Source: an uncultured Actinomycetota bacterium
GTDB taxonomy: Bacteria; Actinomycetota; Actinomycetes; Prado026
Assembly (NCBI GenBank): GCA_963711005.1
Contig: CAVQCJ010000002.1
Span: 475,729 to 539,728 of the forward strand
DNA length: 64,000 bases
Direction: 5' to 3'
Positions 26,813 to 35,513 of the stretch are shown piece by piece; the first letter of the stretch is position 1; every line of letters begins with the position of its first letter. Below the pieces are notes generated by a model. That model was not told where the DNA came from. It was given only the letters and a program-made list of their open reading frames with translations, and searched no databases. The translations under genes were made by a program, and so were the position numbers.

Positions 26813-28258
26813 TCAGTCGTCGGCGGGTAGTCCGACGGTGTAGCGGTGGCCGGTGGGCATGGTCCAGACGAACCGTCCGGGTGTGGGTTGGCGCAGGTCA
26901 ACGGCCTTGTTCTGCTTGAACCTGTGGTGGCGTCGGCATGGCGGGCTGAGGTTGGCCGGGTGGGTGGGTCCGGTCGGCCAGGCGATGGTGTGGTCGACGT
27001 CGTTGCGGCGCGCGCCCTGGCCGCAGGACGGGTGCGGACAGGTTCGGTCCCTGGCGATGATGTGCCGTGTCAACGCGGCTGAGGGCCGGTAGCGCGGTTC
27101 GGCGGGCCAGTCGGCGGCCACGGCTGCAGCCTGGTGGGCGGTGACCGGCTGGTGGACGCGCACGACTGGGTACCGGCTGCTCGCGAGGGCCCGAGCACTG
27201 ACCTGGCGTCCCAAAGCTGTAGTGACGGGTCCGTACCCGGCCAGGTCGGGGACCGCCGCCGGGTCGTGAGCATCGACGGTCAGGTCCAAGGCCGGGGCCT
27301 GGCCGTGCGCGACCGCCAACGCCAGGGGGCCGTCGGGCGTGCTGAGCTGGCCGGTGGCCAGGGCGGCCCAGAACGGGGCCGCCAACGCCGCGGCCCGCAA
27401 CTGGCCCTTGGAGCGGGTCTCCCCGTCCCGGCCGGCCATCGACACGGCGGCGGCGTCCAGCGCCAACCGGACCGCCACGGCGTCTTCAGCGGTCATGTGC
27501 GCGTCCAGCCAGGCGGTGTCGGTCAGGGCCGGGCTGATCCGCACCCACTGGTCCGAACGGGCCCTTGCGGCCCGCTCGGCAGCGCCCTGGGCATCGATCC
27601 GCAGGACGGCGCGGCGCACTGCCTGCCGAAACCGCCCCGTGGTGGCGCGCCCACCACGCTCGAGGACGGCCTCTTCTATCGCTGCGGCCTGTTCTGGTCC
27701 GCAGTCGCCGGCGTCTTCGAGCACAGCGTTCATCCGCGGGTAGTCGATCCGCCCCCCGGCGAGTGCCGCCAGCGTGGCCGGGAACCGGCCGACCAGTGCG
27801 ACCGCGGTGGCGACCCGGTCCTCCCCACCACGCACCGTCAACCCCAGGGCAGGGCCGATCTCGTCGCCACCACCGAAGTCCCGTGCCACCTGTCCCAGGG
27901 GACGACGCATGGTCCGGGCGACGGCCGGGTCCGGTGGTGGGTAGATCACCGGGCGGCGCACGAACTCCGCGACCGCCGCGTAGTGCCGGGCCTGGGTCCA
28001 GGCAGTCAAGCGGCTCCAGGCCACCGCGACGTCCAGCACCTGCGCGTCGTGGTCCAGGTCGGCAACGTCAAGACTCTGCAGGACGGTTGCCAGAGCGACC
28101 GCCGGGACGGTGCCGTCCGCGCACCGCGGCAACGAGTCCAAGCCCGGCAAGAACACCAGACCCGACAAGTCCACACCGCTAGCGGCCGTGGTGGGCTCGC
28201 CGGCATCGGGGGTGGAGGAGTTCGAACGCATGTACCAAGTCTGCCACCTGGCTCCCAC
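26813..28258 (-). CDS. HNH endonuclease with N-terminal DUF222 domain (REP13E12-like family)
   Basis: 481 aa. C-terminal HNH region CPHPSCGQGARRNDVDHTIAW....HPANLSPPCRRHHRFK. The long Ala-rich DUF222-like N-terminus is typical of multi-copy actinobacterial HNH genes. Confidence 0.85.
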   Translation of the reverse strand: MGARWQTWYMRSNSSTPDAGEPTTAASGVDLSGLVFLPGLDSLPRCADGTVPAVALATVLQSLDVADLDHDAQVLDVAVAWSRLTAWTQARHYAAVAEFVRRPVIYPPPDPAVARTMRRPLGQVARDFGGGDEIGPALGLTVRGGEDRVATAVALVGRFPATLAALAGGRIDYPRMNAVLEDAGDCGPEQAAAIEEAVLERGGRATTGRFRQAVRRAVLRIDAQGAAERAARARSDQWVRISPALTDTAWLDAHMTAEDAVAVRLALDAAAVSMAGRDGETRSKGQLRAAALAAPFWAALATGQLSTPDGPLALAVAHGQAPALDLTVDAHDPAAVPDLAGYGPVTTALGRQVSARALASSRYPVVRVHQPVTAHQAAAVAADWPAEPRYRPSAALTRHIIARDRTCPHPSCGQGARRNDVDHTIAWPTGPTHPANLSPPCRRHHRFKQNKAVDLRQPTPGRFVWTMPTGHRYTVGLPADD

Positions 28259-28456
28259 AGACCGAACCCAGGACTACGCCTCTGTGCACACCATCTTCGA
28301 CGACCCATTGCGCCGACCGCGAATACGCAGCATCCAGGCCACCCGCCCCAGATCCGGCATCATTCGGTGCGTGCAAGCCGATCTGGAGCACTCGGGCCAT
28401 GGCGGTCGGGGGACTCAGAGTGGGGGTCGTTCTGCTAGCCATGGGGTTTTGCGGGG

Positions 28457-29080
28457 TCAGGTCTCATTCGGTCCTTGCGGTGGCAACTGTCCTGGACAGG
28501 CTGTCCCGAGCCCAATGTGAACCTGTTGCTCTTTGCCCCCTGCCTTGACGATCAGCGGAACACAGGCGGGATGATCGATCCAGTAACCGCCGGCATACGC
28601 GAGCCAGTCGGCGCCTCCCGGATTCGGGCACTCGGCGACGGTGAGCTTGGAGGTGGGGGCGGACGGTGCGCCACCCCATCCGATGCCGAGTTGGTCGGTG
28701 TAGTCGGCAGGAACTACGAGTTCGAAGGTCGTGCCCGGCTTCACGAGGAGGCCGGTCTTGGCGAACAGCCGCCCTGATCCGGCGTCGCCGGTGAGGGCAG
28801 TCTGCAGCGCTGGATAACCCGGGCTGGTCGGCAGCGCGACTACCCCGAGGACAATCTGCAGGGAAGCAGTCGGGGCGTGACGGTCGATGTAATTGCCGCA
28901 CTTCAGCGAGGACTCAGCAGCGGACGGACTCGACGTCGTGGGGTTGTTCGAGCGCGTCGGGATCTGGGCGTACGCCGAAGGCGAGGAGGTCCCGCTGTCT
29001 GCGTGTGGTGAGGCGCCGCTGGTACAGGCAGTCAGCACCGCGATCGCTACGGCGAGCGCGATGATCGAGCCCGATCGCAT
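28457..29080 (-). CDS. lipoprotein of unknown function
   Basis: Start trimmed to ATG 29080: MRSGSIIALAVAIAVLTAC (lipobox), then a Ser/Thr/Pro linker. Lies in the lower-GC region. Confidence 0.6.
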   Translation of the reverse strand: MRSGSIIALAVAIAVLTACTSGASPHADSGTSSPSAYAQIPTRSNNPTTSSPSAAESSLKCGNYIDRHAPTASLQIVLGVVALPTSPGYPALQTALTGDAGSGRLFAKTGLLVKPGTTFELVVPADYTDQLGIGWGGAPSAPTSKLTVAECPNPGGADWLAYAGGYWIDHPACVPLIVKAGGKEQQVHIGLGTACPGQLPPQGPNET

Positions 29081-29322
29081 CCGTTGCACGGTCCCAGTAT
29101 CGCCCCGAAGCGTGAGGAACGTGCGCGGGCATTGCTGCCTGTGAGTCGTTCGTGCGCTGGTCCGAGCACGCGGAGCGATCATCTGTCGAGCCGCCGCACC
29201 AGCTCGGGGATATGGACAGCGCAAGGAGCGATGTCCGATAGTCCGGAAACAGCAATTACCGGGCCACGCCGTACACACCTCACTTGCGGTCTTGGCCTCC
29301 ACTGAGGAAGGACTCGTCCGCC

Positions 29323-29742
29323 ATGGCAGAGAGCGAGCTGTTCGAGACCGGCCTTCAGGCGCGCCGAGATGTTCTGGGTGCTGAGTATGTCGATGCGAAC
29401 CTGGCTGACACCGACGAGTTCATGATGGCATTTCAGCGCGTCGTGACCGAGTGGGCGTGGGGATACGCCTGGAGCAGGCCAGGTCTGGATCGCAAGACAC
29501 GAAGCATGCTGAATCTTGCGATCCTGACGGCGCTGGGGCGACCCGACGAGCTGGGCATCTACGTGAAGGGCGCGCTTGCTACCGGCGTATCGGTCGACGA
29601 GATCAAGGAGGTACTGATTCACGCCACCGTGTACTGCGGCACGCCAGCCGGGCGTCAGGCGTTCCGGGCAGCGCATGAGGCTCTCCGGGCAGCGGGCGCG
29701 TTGCCCAGTCCCGGCCGAGCGCCCGGCAACCTCAGGGGGTGA
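29323..29742 (+). CDS. carboxymuconolactone decarboxylase (CMD/PcaC-like) family protein
   Basis: MAESELFETGLQARRDVLG...WSRPGLDRKTRSMLNLAILTALGR.DEL..YVKGALATGVSVDEIKEVLIHATVYCGTPAG is the classic CMD signature. GAGGAAGGA lies upstream. Confidence 0.85.
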   Translation: MAESELFETGLQARRDVLGAEYVDANLADTDEFMMAFQRVVTEWAWGYAWSRPGLDRKTRSMLNLAILTALGRPDELGIYVKGALATGVSVDEIKEVLIHATVYCGTPAGRQAFRAAHEALRAAGALPSPGRAPGNLRG

Positions 29743-29838
29743 CAGAGGAGACGGCCGCCGATGCTGAACTCGGTCGCGGCCACGACCGCACCGGGGTGCT
29801 ACCGGGTGAGCTTCGCGCGGTTCCCCTAAGGTGGACCG

Positions 29839-30273
29839 ATGGCGTCGGTCAAGCAGTTCCAAGTCACCTTCGACTGCGCAGAACCCGAGCGCGTCGCTCG
29901 TTTCTGGTGCGACGTGTTGGGATACGTCATACCGACGCCACCGCAGGGGTTTGCTAGTTGGGACGATTTCGATCGCACGCTGCCGCCTGAGCGTCAGGGT
30001 TCACGGTTCGCATGCGTTGATCCCTCAGGTGTGGGCCCGCGACTGTTCTTCCAGCGCGTTCCCGAAGGCAAGGTCGTCAAGAATCGGCTGCATCTTGACG
30101 TGCGGGTCGGCACCGGGCTCGTGGGTGAAGGGCGCCTGGCCGCACTTGAGGCCGAATGCGCCCGACTGGTCGCGCTCGGCGCGGTACGCGTGCGACTACT
30201 GCTTGCCGATGGCGACGACGAGTCGTGCCTTGTGATGCAAGACATCGAGGGCAACGAGTTCTGTCTCGACTGA
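29839..30273 (+). CDS. VOC (glyoxalase/bleomycin-resistance-like) family protein
   Basis: 144 aa. FQVTFDCAEPERVARFWCDVLGY...NRLHLDV...LVMQDIEGNEFCL is the glyoxalase-like_2 pattern. AAGGTGGA SD. Confidence 0.8.
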   Translation: MASVKQFQVTFDCAEPERVARFWCDVLGYVIPTPPQGFASWDDFDRTLPPERQGSRFACVDPSGVGPRLFFQRVPEGKVVKNRLHLDVRVGTGLVGEGRLAALEAECARLVALGAVRVRLLLADGDDESCLVMQDIEGNEFCLD

Positions 30274-30614
30274 GTGGCCGCGACGCCGCCCCGCAGCCGC
30301 CCTGCGGCGGACTGGGATGCGCTGGCTGGGCCAATGCAGCCCGACCAGGCCCGCCCCACTCCGAGAAGGTGGGATCCACCGGCTTGCCGATCAACTCTGC
30401 GAATACGTTCCTGACCGAGTGGGGCAGCGTGCGTCTCATGAGCGGGTTCCCCCAGTCATCGTTGTTGCATTTCTGCTGGGCGGATGCACCACGACAGCCG
30501 TGCCCTCTGACGGCGGTCGCCCGGCTGGCGAGGTGACGTACCGCACAGCGGTTCGTCGAACCTGCCGGTCATCGACCCCGTTCCTCCTGATACAGGTCCA
30601 ATTCGGAGGAACGC

Positions 30615-31229
30615 ATGTCGTCCAAAGCAACCATCCTTGAGTCCGCCCGCGCTCTCCGTGGCCCGGTGCGGGCAAAGACATTCGCGCTGGCGGCCGTCGT
30701 CGCGGGCGCCGCACTCACGCTTGCAGCCTGCGGTAGCGGGTCAGGCACGTCGGCGGGCTACGGGGGGGCCGCGTCAGGGTCTGCGTCGATCGCCCCGGCG
30801 CCGGCCGGTGCCGAGCTGACCACGGCGAGCACAGCGCTCGGAACCATCCTTGTGAACGGCCAGGGCAGGACGGTCTACCGCTTTGCCGCTGACACGAAGG
30901 GCCACTCGAACTGCACGGGCAGCTGTCTTCAGTACTGGCCGGCCGTCACGTCCAGCGATGACATGCCGACGGCAGCGAGCAGCATCACCGCCGGCCTCGG
31001 GGTGATCACTCGCTCGGACGGGACCAAGCAGCTGACGGTCAACGGATGGCCGGTTTACACGTACGCGGGTGACAACTCGCCAGGCGTGACCGCTGGGCAG
31101 GGCTCGAACGACTTCGGTGGCCTTTGGTGGGTCGCCTCGACGAGCGGTGCCGAGATCAAGGCTGCGGCGGGCAGTTCGAACTCGACCCCGTCGCCATCGA
31201 AGTCCAACAGTCCTGGCGGCTGGTACTAG
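30615..31229 (+). CDS. lipoprotein with Yx(FWY)xxD repeats (COG4315-type)
   Basis: Lipobox LTLAAC. Repeats GRTVYRFAADT / GWPVYTYAGDN. CTGSCLQYWP motif. GGAGGA SD. Confidence 0.8.
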   Translation: MSSKATILESARALRGPVRAKTFALAAVVAGAALTLAACGSGSGTSAGYGGAASGSASIAPAPAGAELTTASTALGTILVNGQGRTVYRFAADTKGHSNCTGSCLQYWPAVTSSDDMPTAASSITAGLGVITRSDGTKQLTVNGWPVYTYAGDNSPGVTAGQGSNDFGGLWWVASTSGAEIKAAAGSSNSTPSPSKSNSPGGWY

Positions 31230-31342
31230 CCTGACCTGGTCGATGTCGACCAAGTCACTGCGCGCGTCCTGGTAGCGCCCGCCTGACCGGTACTTCTCGC
31301 CTGGCTCGACCGTCGCGGCCGAGGTGTCCCAGAGGAGGCGTC

Positions 31343-32251
31343 GTGAGGCTGGGTGTGCATCTGCCCTTGACTGATCTGGGTGACGGCCATCCGACCGGGG
31401 CCGACCTGCGTACCTATGCCAGTACGGCCAGGGACCTCGGGTACGCAACGCTGGCTGCCAACGACCACCTGATCTGGCGCTACCCGTGGCTCGACGGCCC
31501 GACTGCACTCGCCAGTGTCATCTCCGCCGCCGGCGACATGGTCCTGGCAACCAGCATCACGCTGCCCGTGGTGCGTCACCCGGTCGTGGTCGCCAAGATG
31601 CTGACGACCCTCGCAGCGCTGGCGGACGGCCCGGTGGTCGGCGGTCTCGGCCCCGGATCGAGCCAGGTCGACTACGACGCCGTCGGCATCCCTTTCGAGG
31701 AACGATGGGCGCGGTTCGACGAGGCGCTGCGACTGGTCCGAGGCCTGGTGCGGGGCGAGTCGGAGGACCCCGGCACGTTCTATGCAGCGGATGCCCGGCT
31801 CGCGCCGCTGCCCGACCCTCCCCCGCAGGTCTGGTTCGGCAGCTGGGGGTCCGACCGGCGGCTCGCCGCCATGGCGGGTGAGGCGGATGGCTGGTTTGCC
31901 TCCGCGTACAACGCGACTCCGAACCAGTTCGCAGACGCGCGCGCCCGGCTCGACGATCACCTGCGGGCTGCCGGCCGCGAGCCGGCGACCTTCCCGGACG
32001 CCGTCGCGACTATGTGGCTCTACGTCACCGAAAGCCGCCGGGAGGCGGAGCAGGTGCTCACCGACGTGCTGGCTCCAGCGCTGAACCGCGACCCCGCGCT
32101 GCTCGCGGACCTCCCGGTCGGGAGCGCCCAGCACTGCTCGGACGTACTGGCCAGGTACGCCTCCGCGGGGGCACGCGAGGTCCTGCTCTGGCCGATTCGT
32201 GACAGCGTCCACCAGATCGAGCGCGCCATGGTCGCTGCGTCCTCGATCTGA
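31343..32251 (+). CDS. LLM-class (luciferase-like) flavin/F420-dependent oxidoreductase
   Basis: 302 aa. MRLGVHLP......GYATLAANDHL...VRHPVVVAKMLTTLAALADGPVVGGLGPG. GAGGAGG SD before the GTG start. Confidence 0.85.
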   Translation: MRLGVHLPLTDLGDGHPTGADLRTYASTARDLGYATLAANDHLIWRYPWLDGPTALASVISAAGDMVLATSITLPVVRHPVVVAKMLTTLAALADGPVVGGLGPGSSQVDYDAVGIPFEERWARFDEALRLVRGLVRGESEDPGTFYAADARLAPLPDPPPQVWFGSWGSDRRLAAMAGEADGWFASAYNATPNQFADARARLDDHLRAAGREPATFPDAVATMWLYVTESRREAEQVLTDVLAPALNRDPALLADLPVGSAQHCSDVLARYASAGAREVLLWPIRDSVHQIERAMVAASSI

Positions 32252-32556
32252 ACCGACTCACTGGCTCGGGTGACGAGTCCTGACAGCGTCGCGGACCGTC
32301 CAGTTCGACACCCGGGAGTGGAGCGAGCAGAAGTTCCGTGCCGTTCGGCGTTGCGCTCGGGAGCCCTGTCGGTATCGGTGGCGACCGATGCGTGGCTCTG
32401 ACGACGGGGAGCACAGTCCGGCTGATCTATGCGCTGAGCTCGCTGGGGCACTGCTAACCCCGGTACGCACTGGAGGCACGGAAGCCGCCCGACTGTCGTT
32501 GTCCGAGGACGAGCCGATCGCGTGCCGTCAGCCGAGACGCCGATTCCGTCCCACGT

Positions 32557-32925
32557 CTAGGTTTCGTCGATCTCCCAGGGTTCCCAGAGCTCGAATCGGT
32601 TGCCTTCGGGATCAACGGCATGACCGAACCGCCCGAAGCTCGCCTCGGCGGTCTCGTCCTCGACGGAGGCTCCAGCCGCACGGAGCTGGGCAAGCATGGA
32701 GTCCAGGTTGGTGACTCGGAAGTTGAGCATGGTCTGTTGATCTCTGCGCCCGAAGTACTCCGTGTCGGCGGGGAAGGGAGCGAACACGGTCGGGCCGGCT
32801 TCCTGCTCCCATGACCCACCCGAGGCCATGCTCGAGATGCCCAGGTTGACCTCGTACCAGGCGGCAAGGGCCTCGGGATCGTCGGCCCGGAAGAAGTAGC
32901 CCCCGATCCCAACGGCTCGCTCCAT
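32557..32925 (-). CDS. VOC family protein
   Basis: 122 aa. IGGYFFRADDPEALAAWYEVNLG...FGHAVDPEGNRFELWEP is the glyoxalase-fold pattern. Confidence 0.8.
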   Translation of the reverse strand: MERAVGIGGYFFRADDPEALAAWYEVNLGISSMASGGSWEQEAGPTVFAPFPADTEYFGRRDQQTMLNFRVTNLDSMLAQLRAAGASVEDETAEASFGRFGHAVDPEGNRFELWEPWEIDET

Positions 32926-33085
32926 GGTGAAGGACGATACTCACGCCCCACCCCGGCGAAGGCAGACGACGACGGTGCCCAAGAGGAGAGTCCTGGACGA
33001 CGTGCCACGCTATGGACGAGTACTGGTCGCGTCCAGCCGGGCTGCGCCCCGACGGCCTGGCTCGCACACCCGGAAGGGGTGCCGC

Positions 33086-33253
33086 ATGTACCACCTTCGC
33101 TGTCTGCTTGGTTTCCACGTGTGGACTGCCCAGACCGATGTGGACGGTGACGAGTTCACGGCGTGTCAGAGGTGCGGTGAGACCCGGCCGGGATCTGCGT
33201 CGACCGGCGGGATCGCAGACGAGTATCCCGGCTCGTGGGGGCAGAGGACGTAG
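33086..33253 (+). CDS. small Cys-containing hypothetical protein (DUF1660-like pattern)
   Basis: 55 aa from ATG 33086 with a GGAAGGGG SD. MYHLRCLLGFHVW...ACQRCGE resembles the small LG.H.W...C.RCG proteins. Confidence 0.4.
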   Translation: MYHLRCLLGFHVWTAQTDVDGDEFTACQRCGETRPGSASTGGIADEYPGSWGQRT

Positions 33254-33302
33254 ACGGCTGCACGGTGCCCGACCGAGGCCGAGACAACGTTCGGACCCGT
33301 CC

Positions 33303-33470
33303 TCAGCGCCAGCCGCCATGGCCGGGGACGATCACGGTCGGCTCGCCGTCCTGCCCACGGATGACCAAGTCCGATCTGCGTGAAGGCTGCCTGTCGTCCA
33401 GCAGGTGTCCGAGCCAGTGACCGAAGCGACGCAGGGTCGTCAGTACGCGAGCGGGCGAGTCGCTACCCAT
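33303..33470 (-). CDS. small hypothetical protein
   Basis: 55 aa from ATG 33470 (the track ORF extends to 33524). Moderate GC3. No confident family. Confidence 0.3.
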   Translation of the reverse strand: MGSDSPARVLTTLRRFGHWLGHLLDDRQPSRRSDLVIRGQDGEPTVIVPGHGGWR

Positions 33471-33569
33471 GACTCGACGGTACGCCGCGCGCCATCCGGA
33501 ACACAGACCCGAAGGCCTCGCCACGGGCGCCCCGCCGCGGCCGCGCCGGGGCGCCCGTGGCGCTCAGGA

Positions 33570-34214
33570 CTAGTGGCGCCTGGTTCGGCGAGCGGCTGCC
33601 ACGACGGCCAGACCCAGGAGCAGCAGCCCAGCGCCCAGCGCAGCAACCGGGCCGACACCGGAAGAACCCGTCCGCGCGAGACTCGAGCCGGCCGCCAGCT
33701 TCACCGCGAGCACACTGGTCGTGGCGGAGGGCTTGGTGGTGGCCGTCGAGGTCGGTGAGACGGAGGCGGTCGTCGTCGGCGTGGGCGTGGGCGTCGAGGT
33801 CACGCAGGGCTTCCCGTTCGGGTACTCCTGGCCCTTGAGCCCGTTCGGGCCGCTGCCCGCCGGGAACGTGATCGTCGGGGGGACCTGCGTCCCCAGGAAC
33901 GCATCGAGCTGGTACGGCCCGCATGAGGGCACCTGTACGTGCAGCACCAGGCGACTGGTCCCGGCTGCGATGGTTCCGCGCACGACCTTGAACAGCCGCT
34001 CAGGTTCGGTCTGGGTCTTCCACAGGCCGGTGTAGGACGCGGCGGACACGGCGATGTCACTGCTGGCCGGCCCGTTCGTCGTCGTGAAGACGAACGTGCC
34101 GTCCTTGGCGATGGTGGCGGCGACCCCCCCGTGCGGTCCGGCCCACGACACCCCGGCGGTCAGGACGAGCAGTCCGGCAGTCATGGCCAGGACCAGTGGT
34201 GCTCGGTGCTTCAT
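33570..34214 (-). CDS. sortase-anchored surface protein (LAxTG sorting signal)
   Basis: Signal peptide MKHRAPLVLAMTAGLLVLTAGVSWA. Thr/Pro-rich stalk. C-terminal LARTG, then hydrophobic helix VGPVAALGAGLLLLGLAVVAAA and an RRTRRH tail. AAGGGAA SD. Confidence 0.8.
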   Translation of the reverse strand: MKHRAPLVLAMTAGLLVLTAGVSWAGPHGGVAATIAKDGTFVFTTTNGPASSDIAVSAASYTGLWKTQTEPERLFKVVRGTIAAGTSRLVLHVQVPSCGPYQLDAFLGTQVPPTITFPAGSGPNGLKGQEYPNGKPCVTSTPTPTPTTTASVSPTSTATTKPSATTSVLAVKLAAGSSLARTGSSGVGPVAALGAGLLLLGLAVVAAARRTRRH

Positions 34215-34446
34215 AGCGATGTTCCCTTCGAATGCGCCCAGGAGGGGTCCCCTGTGCCGTCAGCAGGCCTGGGATCTGCCCGTTCCGTGCGATCCCCCGG
34301 CCAACCTGACCACATCCGGACCAGCGAGCAGCCACAGCGAGACGATCAAGAGGTAGACGGCAAGAGCCATGGCCAGAACCTAGCGGCCCGAGAACCCAGG
34401 TGGCGCGCCGACGTGCCGCGGGGTGCGTTCGGTGTCGCGAGTCGTG

Positions 34447-34502
34447 GCACCGGTGGACGCCTCGGACTCGGCACCGGTGGACGCCTCGGACTCGGCACCG
34501 GT
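34447..34502. repeat. 24-bp perfect tandem duplication (2 copies plus 8 nt of a third)
   Basis: GCACCGGTGGACGCCTCGGACTCG at 34447-34470 and 34471-34494, then GCACCGGT. Lies in an unassigned stretch. Confidence 0.9.
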
Positions 34503-34771
34503 CCACGGGGACCTGGCGCTCTACTGCGGCCCCGGCACGGAGTTGATCATGATGGGACCGACGTGTCCGAAGGAGCCGAGCGTCACGCCCAAGCCTGTCC
34601 GCGCGGTTGTCCCTCGGCTCGCACTCGTTCTCGGCGTTCCGGCGGTGAGGACGCCCACCCCCTCGGCCGCACCGGTGGTCTTCCGGGGCGTGTCGCTCGT
34701 GCCCCCACCGGCTGAGCCCTGCAGGAACCGACCACAGCACGGCCCGAGGTGTCAGCCACCCTTGGCGTCGC

Positions 34772-35095
34772 GTGCGTCGGCCGGCTTCCGTTCTGGCAGC
34801 TTTCAAAGCCAGCGCGATCTGGTCACCAGCCCTGTGCCCCATCGGAGCCGGGGTGCTTCCGGCTGGCGCGTGCGGCGGCAGCCCGACCCAGGTGACGGCT
34901 TCCCGGGCCGTGGTCGTCGGCGGGACGGCCGGCTCCTACGCCGAGCTGAGCTGCACCAGCACCGATCCGAAGGTGCGCCAGTGGACATTCCCGACGCTCG
35001 GACCGGCCCTGCTGCAGACGTCCGCGGACGCCGGCGTCAGCGCCACCGTCGACGGCGTCCTCGCGACCGCGACCATCGGCGAGGCGGCCGCGTAG
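34772..35095 (+). CDS. hypothetical protein or remnant of a decayed gene
   Basis: The distal two-thirds has strong GC3 bias (...GSYAELSCTSTDPKVRQWTFPTLGPALLQTSADAGVSATVDGVLATATIGEAAA). The N-terminal part is unconvincing and no family was recognised. Confidence 0.3.
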   Translation: MRRPASVLAAFKASAIWSPALCPIGAGVLPAGACGGSPTQVTASRAVVVGGTAGSYAELSCTSTDPKVRQWTFPTLGPALLQTSADAGVSATVDGVLATATIGEAAA

Positions 35096-35219
35096 GCGCC
35101 TCGCCGACCACGCCGCGCGGCACCTCGGGCAGGCGCACAACGGTCGAGGTCGGGCCTCAAGAACGGGCTGTCCGGAGGTCGACACTCGTGCCAGATGTCG
35201 AGCCGTCGGAGGTGCTCCC

Positions 35220-35399
35220 ATGCGAGTGGTCTACGTCGTCGGAGACGGACCTTTGGAAGGAGCGACCTACGCCCTCGAGAGTCGCCTGCCCATCACCGAG
35301 GAGCTCGAGCTGCCCCTTCAGGAAGGTCCGGTCGCCGTCTACCGCGTCGGCCAGGACTCCAAGCTCTGGTTCATCCACCTGTTGCCGCCGACCTCGTAG
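35220..35399 (+). CDS. small hypothetical protein (59 aa), absent from the ORF track
   Basis: ATG 35220 is preceded by GGAGG. It translates to MRVVYVVGDGPLEGATYALESRLPITEELELPLQEGPVAVYRVGQDSKLWFIHLLPPTS with TAG at 35397-35399, followed by a strong hairpin. Confidence 0.35.
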   Translation: MRVVYVVGDGPLEGATYALESRLPITEELELPLQEGPVAVYRVGQDSKLWFIHLLPPTS

Positions 35400-35447
35400 G
35401 GGTCGGCGGGCGGCCGCCGGGCACCCCTGGCCGCACCCCGGACGGCG

Positions 35448-35479
35448 CCGAGGACCGGACCTTCCGGTCCGGTCCTCGG
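35448..35479. terminator. bidirectional hairpin terminator (perfect 14-bp stem, 4-nt loop)
   Basis: CCGAGGACCGGACC-TTCC-GGTCCGGTCCTCGG lies between the convergent 59-aa ORF and the CBM-GH gene. Confidence 0.55.
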
Positions 35480-35513
35480 TCGCAGCACCGGGTATCTGAT
35501 CAGAGCGAACGGG

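Noticed and set aside
30290-30439. The minus-strand ORF start MRRTLPHSVRNVFAELIGKPVDPTFSEWGG looks like a genuine N-terminus
   Set aside because: The frame runs into the VOC gene and its terminator after about 50 codons and becomes junk. At best it is a gene fragment, and no family was recognised.
33303-33524. HicA-like toxin call for the 55-73-aa minus-strand ORF
   Set aside because: There is a loose resemblance (L..L.RFG... / ...TVIVPGH). However, the Gly-Ser-His core is not present and there is no adjacent HicB-like partner. It is kept only as a low-confidence hypothetical CDS.
34260-34370. 36-aa hydrophobic peptide ORF (MALAVYLLIVSLWLLAGPDVVRLAGGSHGTGRSQAC) upstream of the LAxTG gene
   Set aside because: It has no convincing SD, is very short and lies in a compositionally noisy region. 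It cannot be distinguished from chance.
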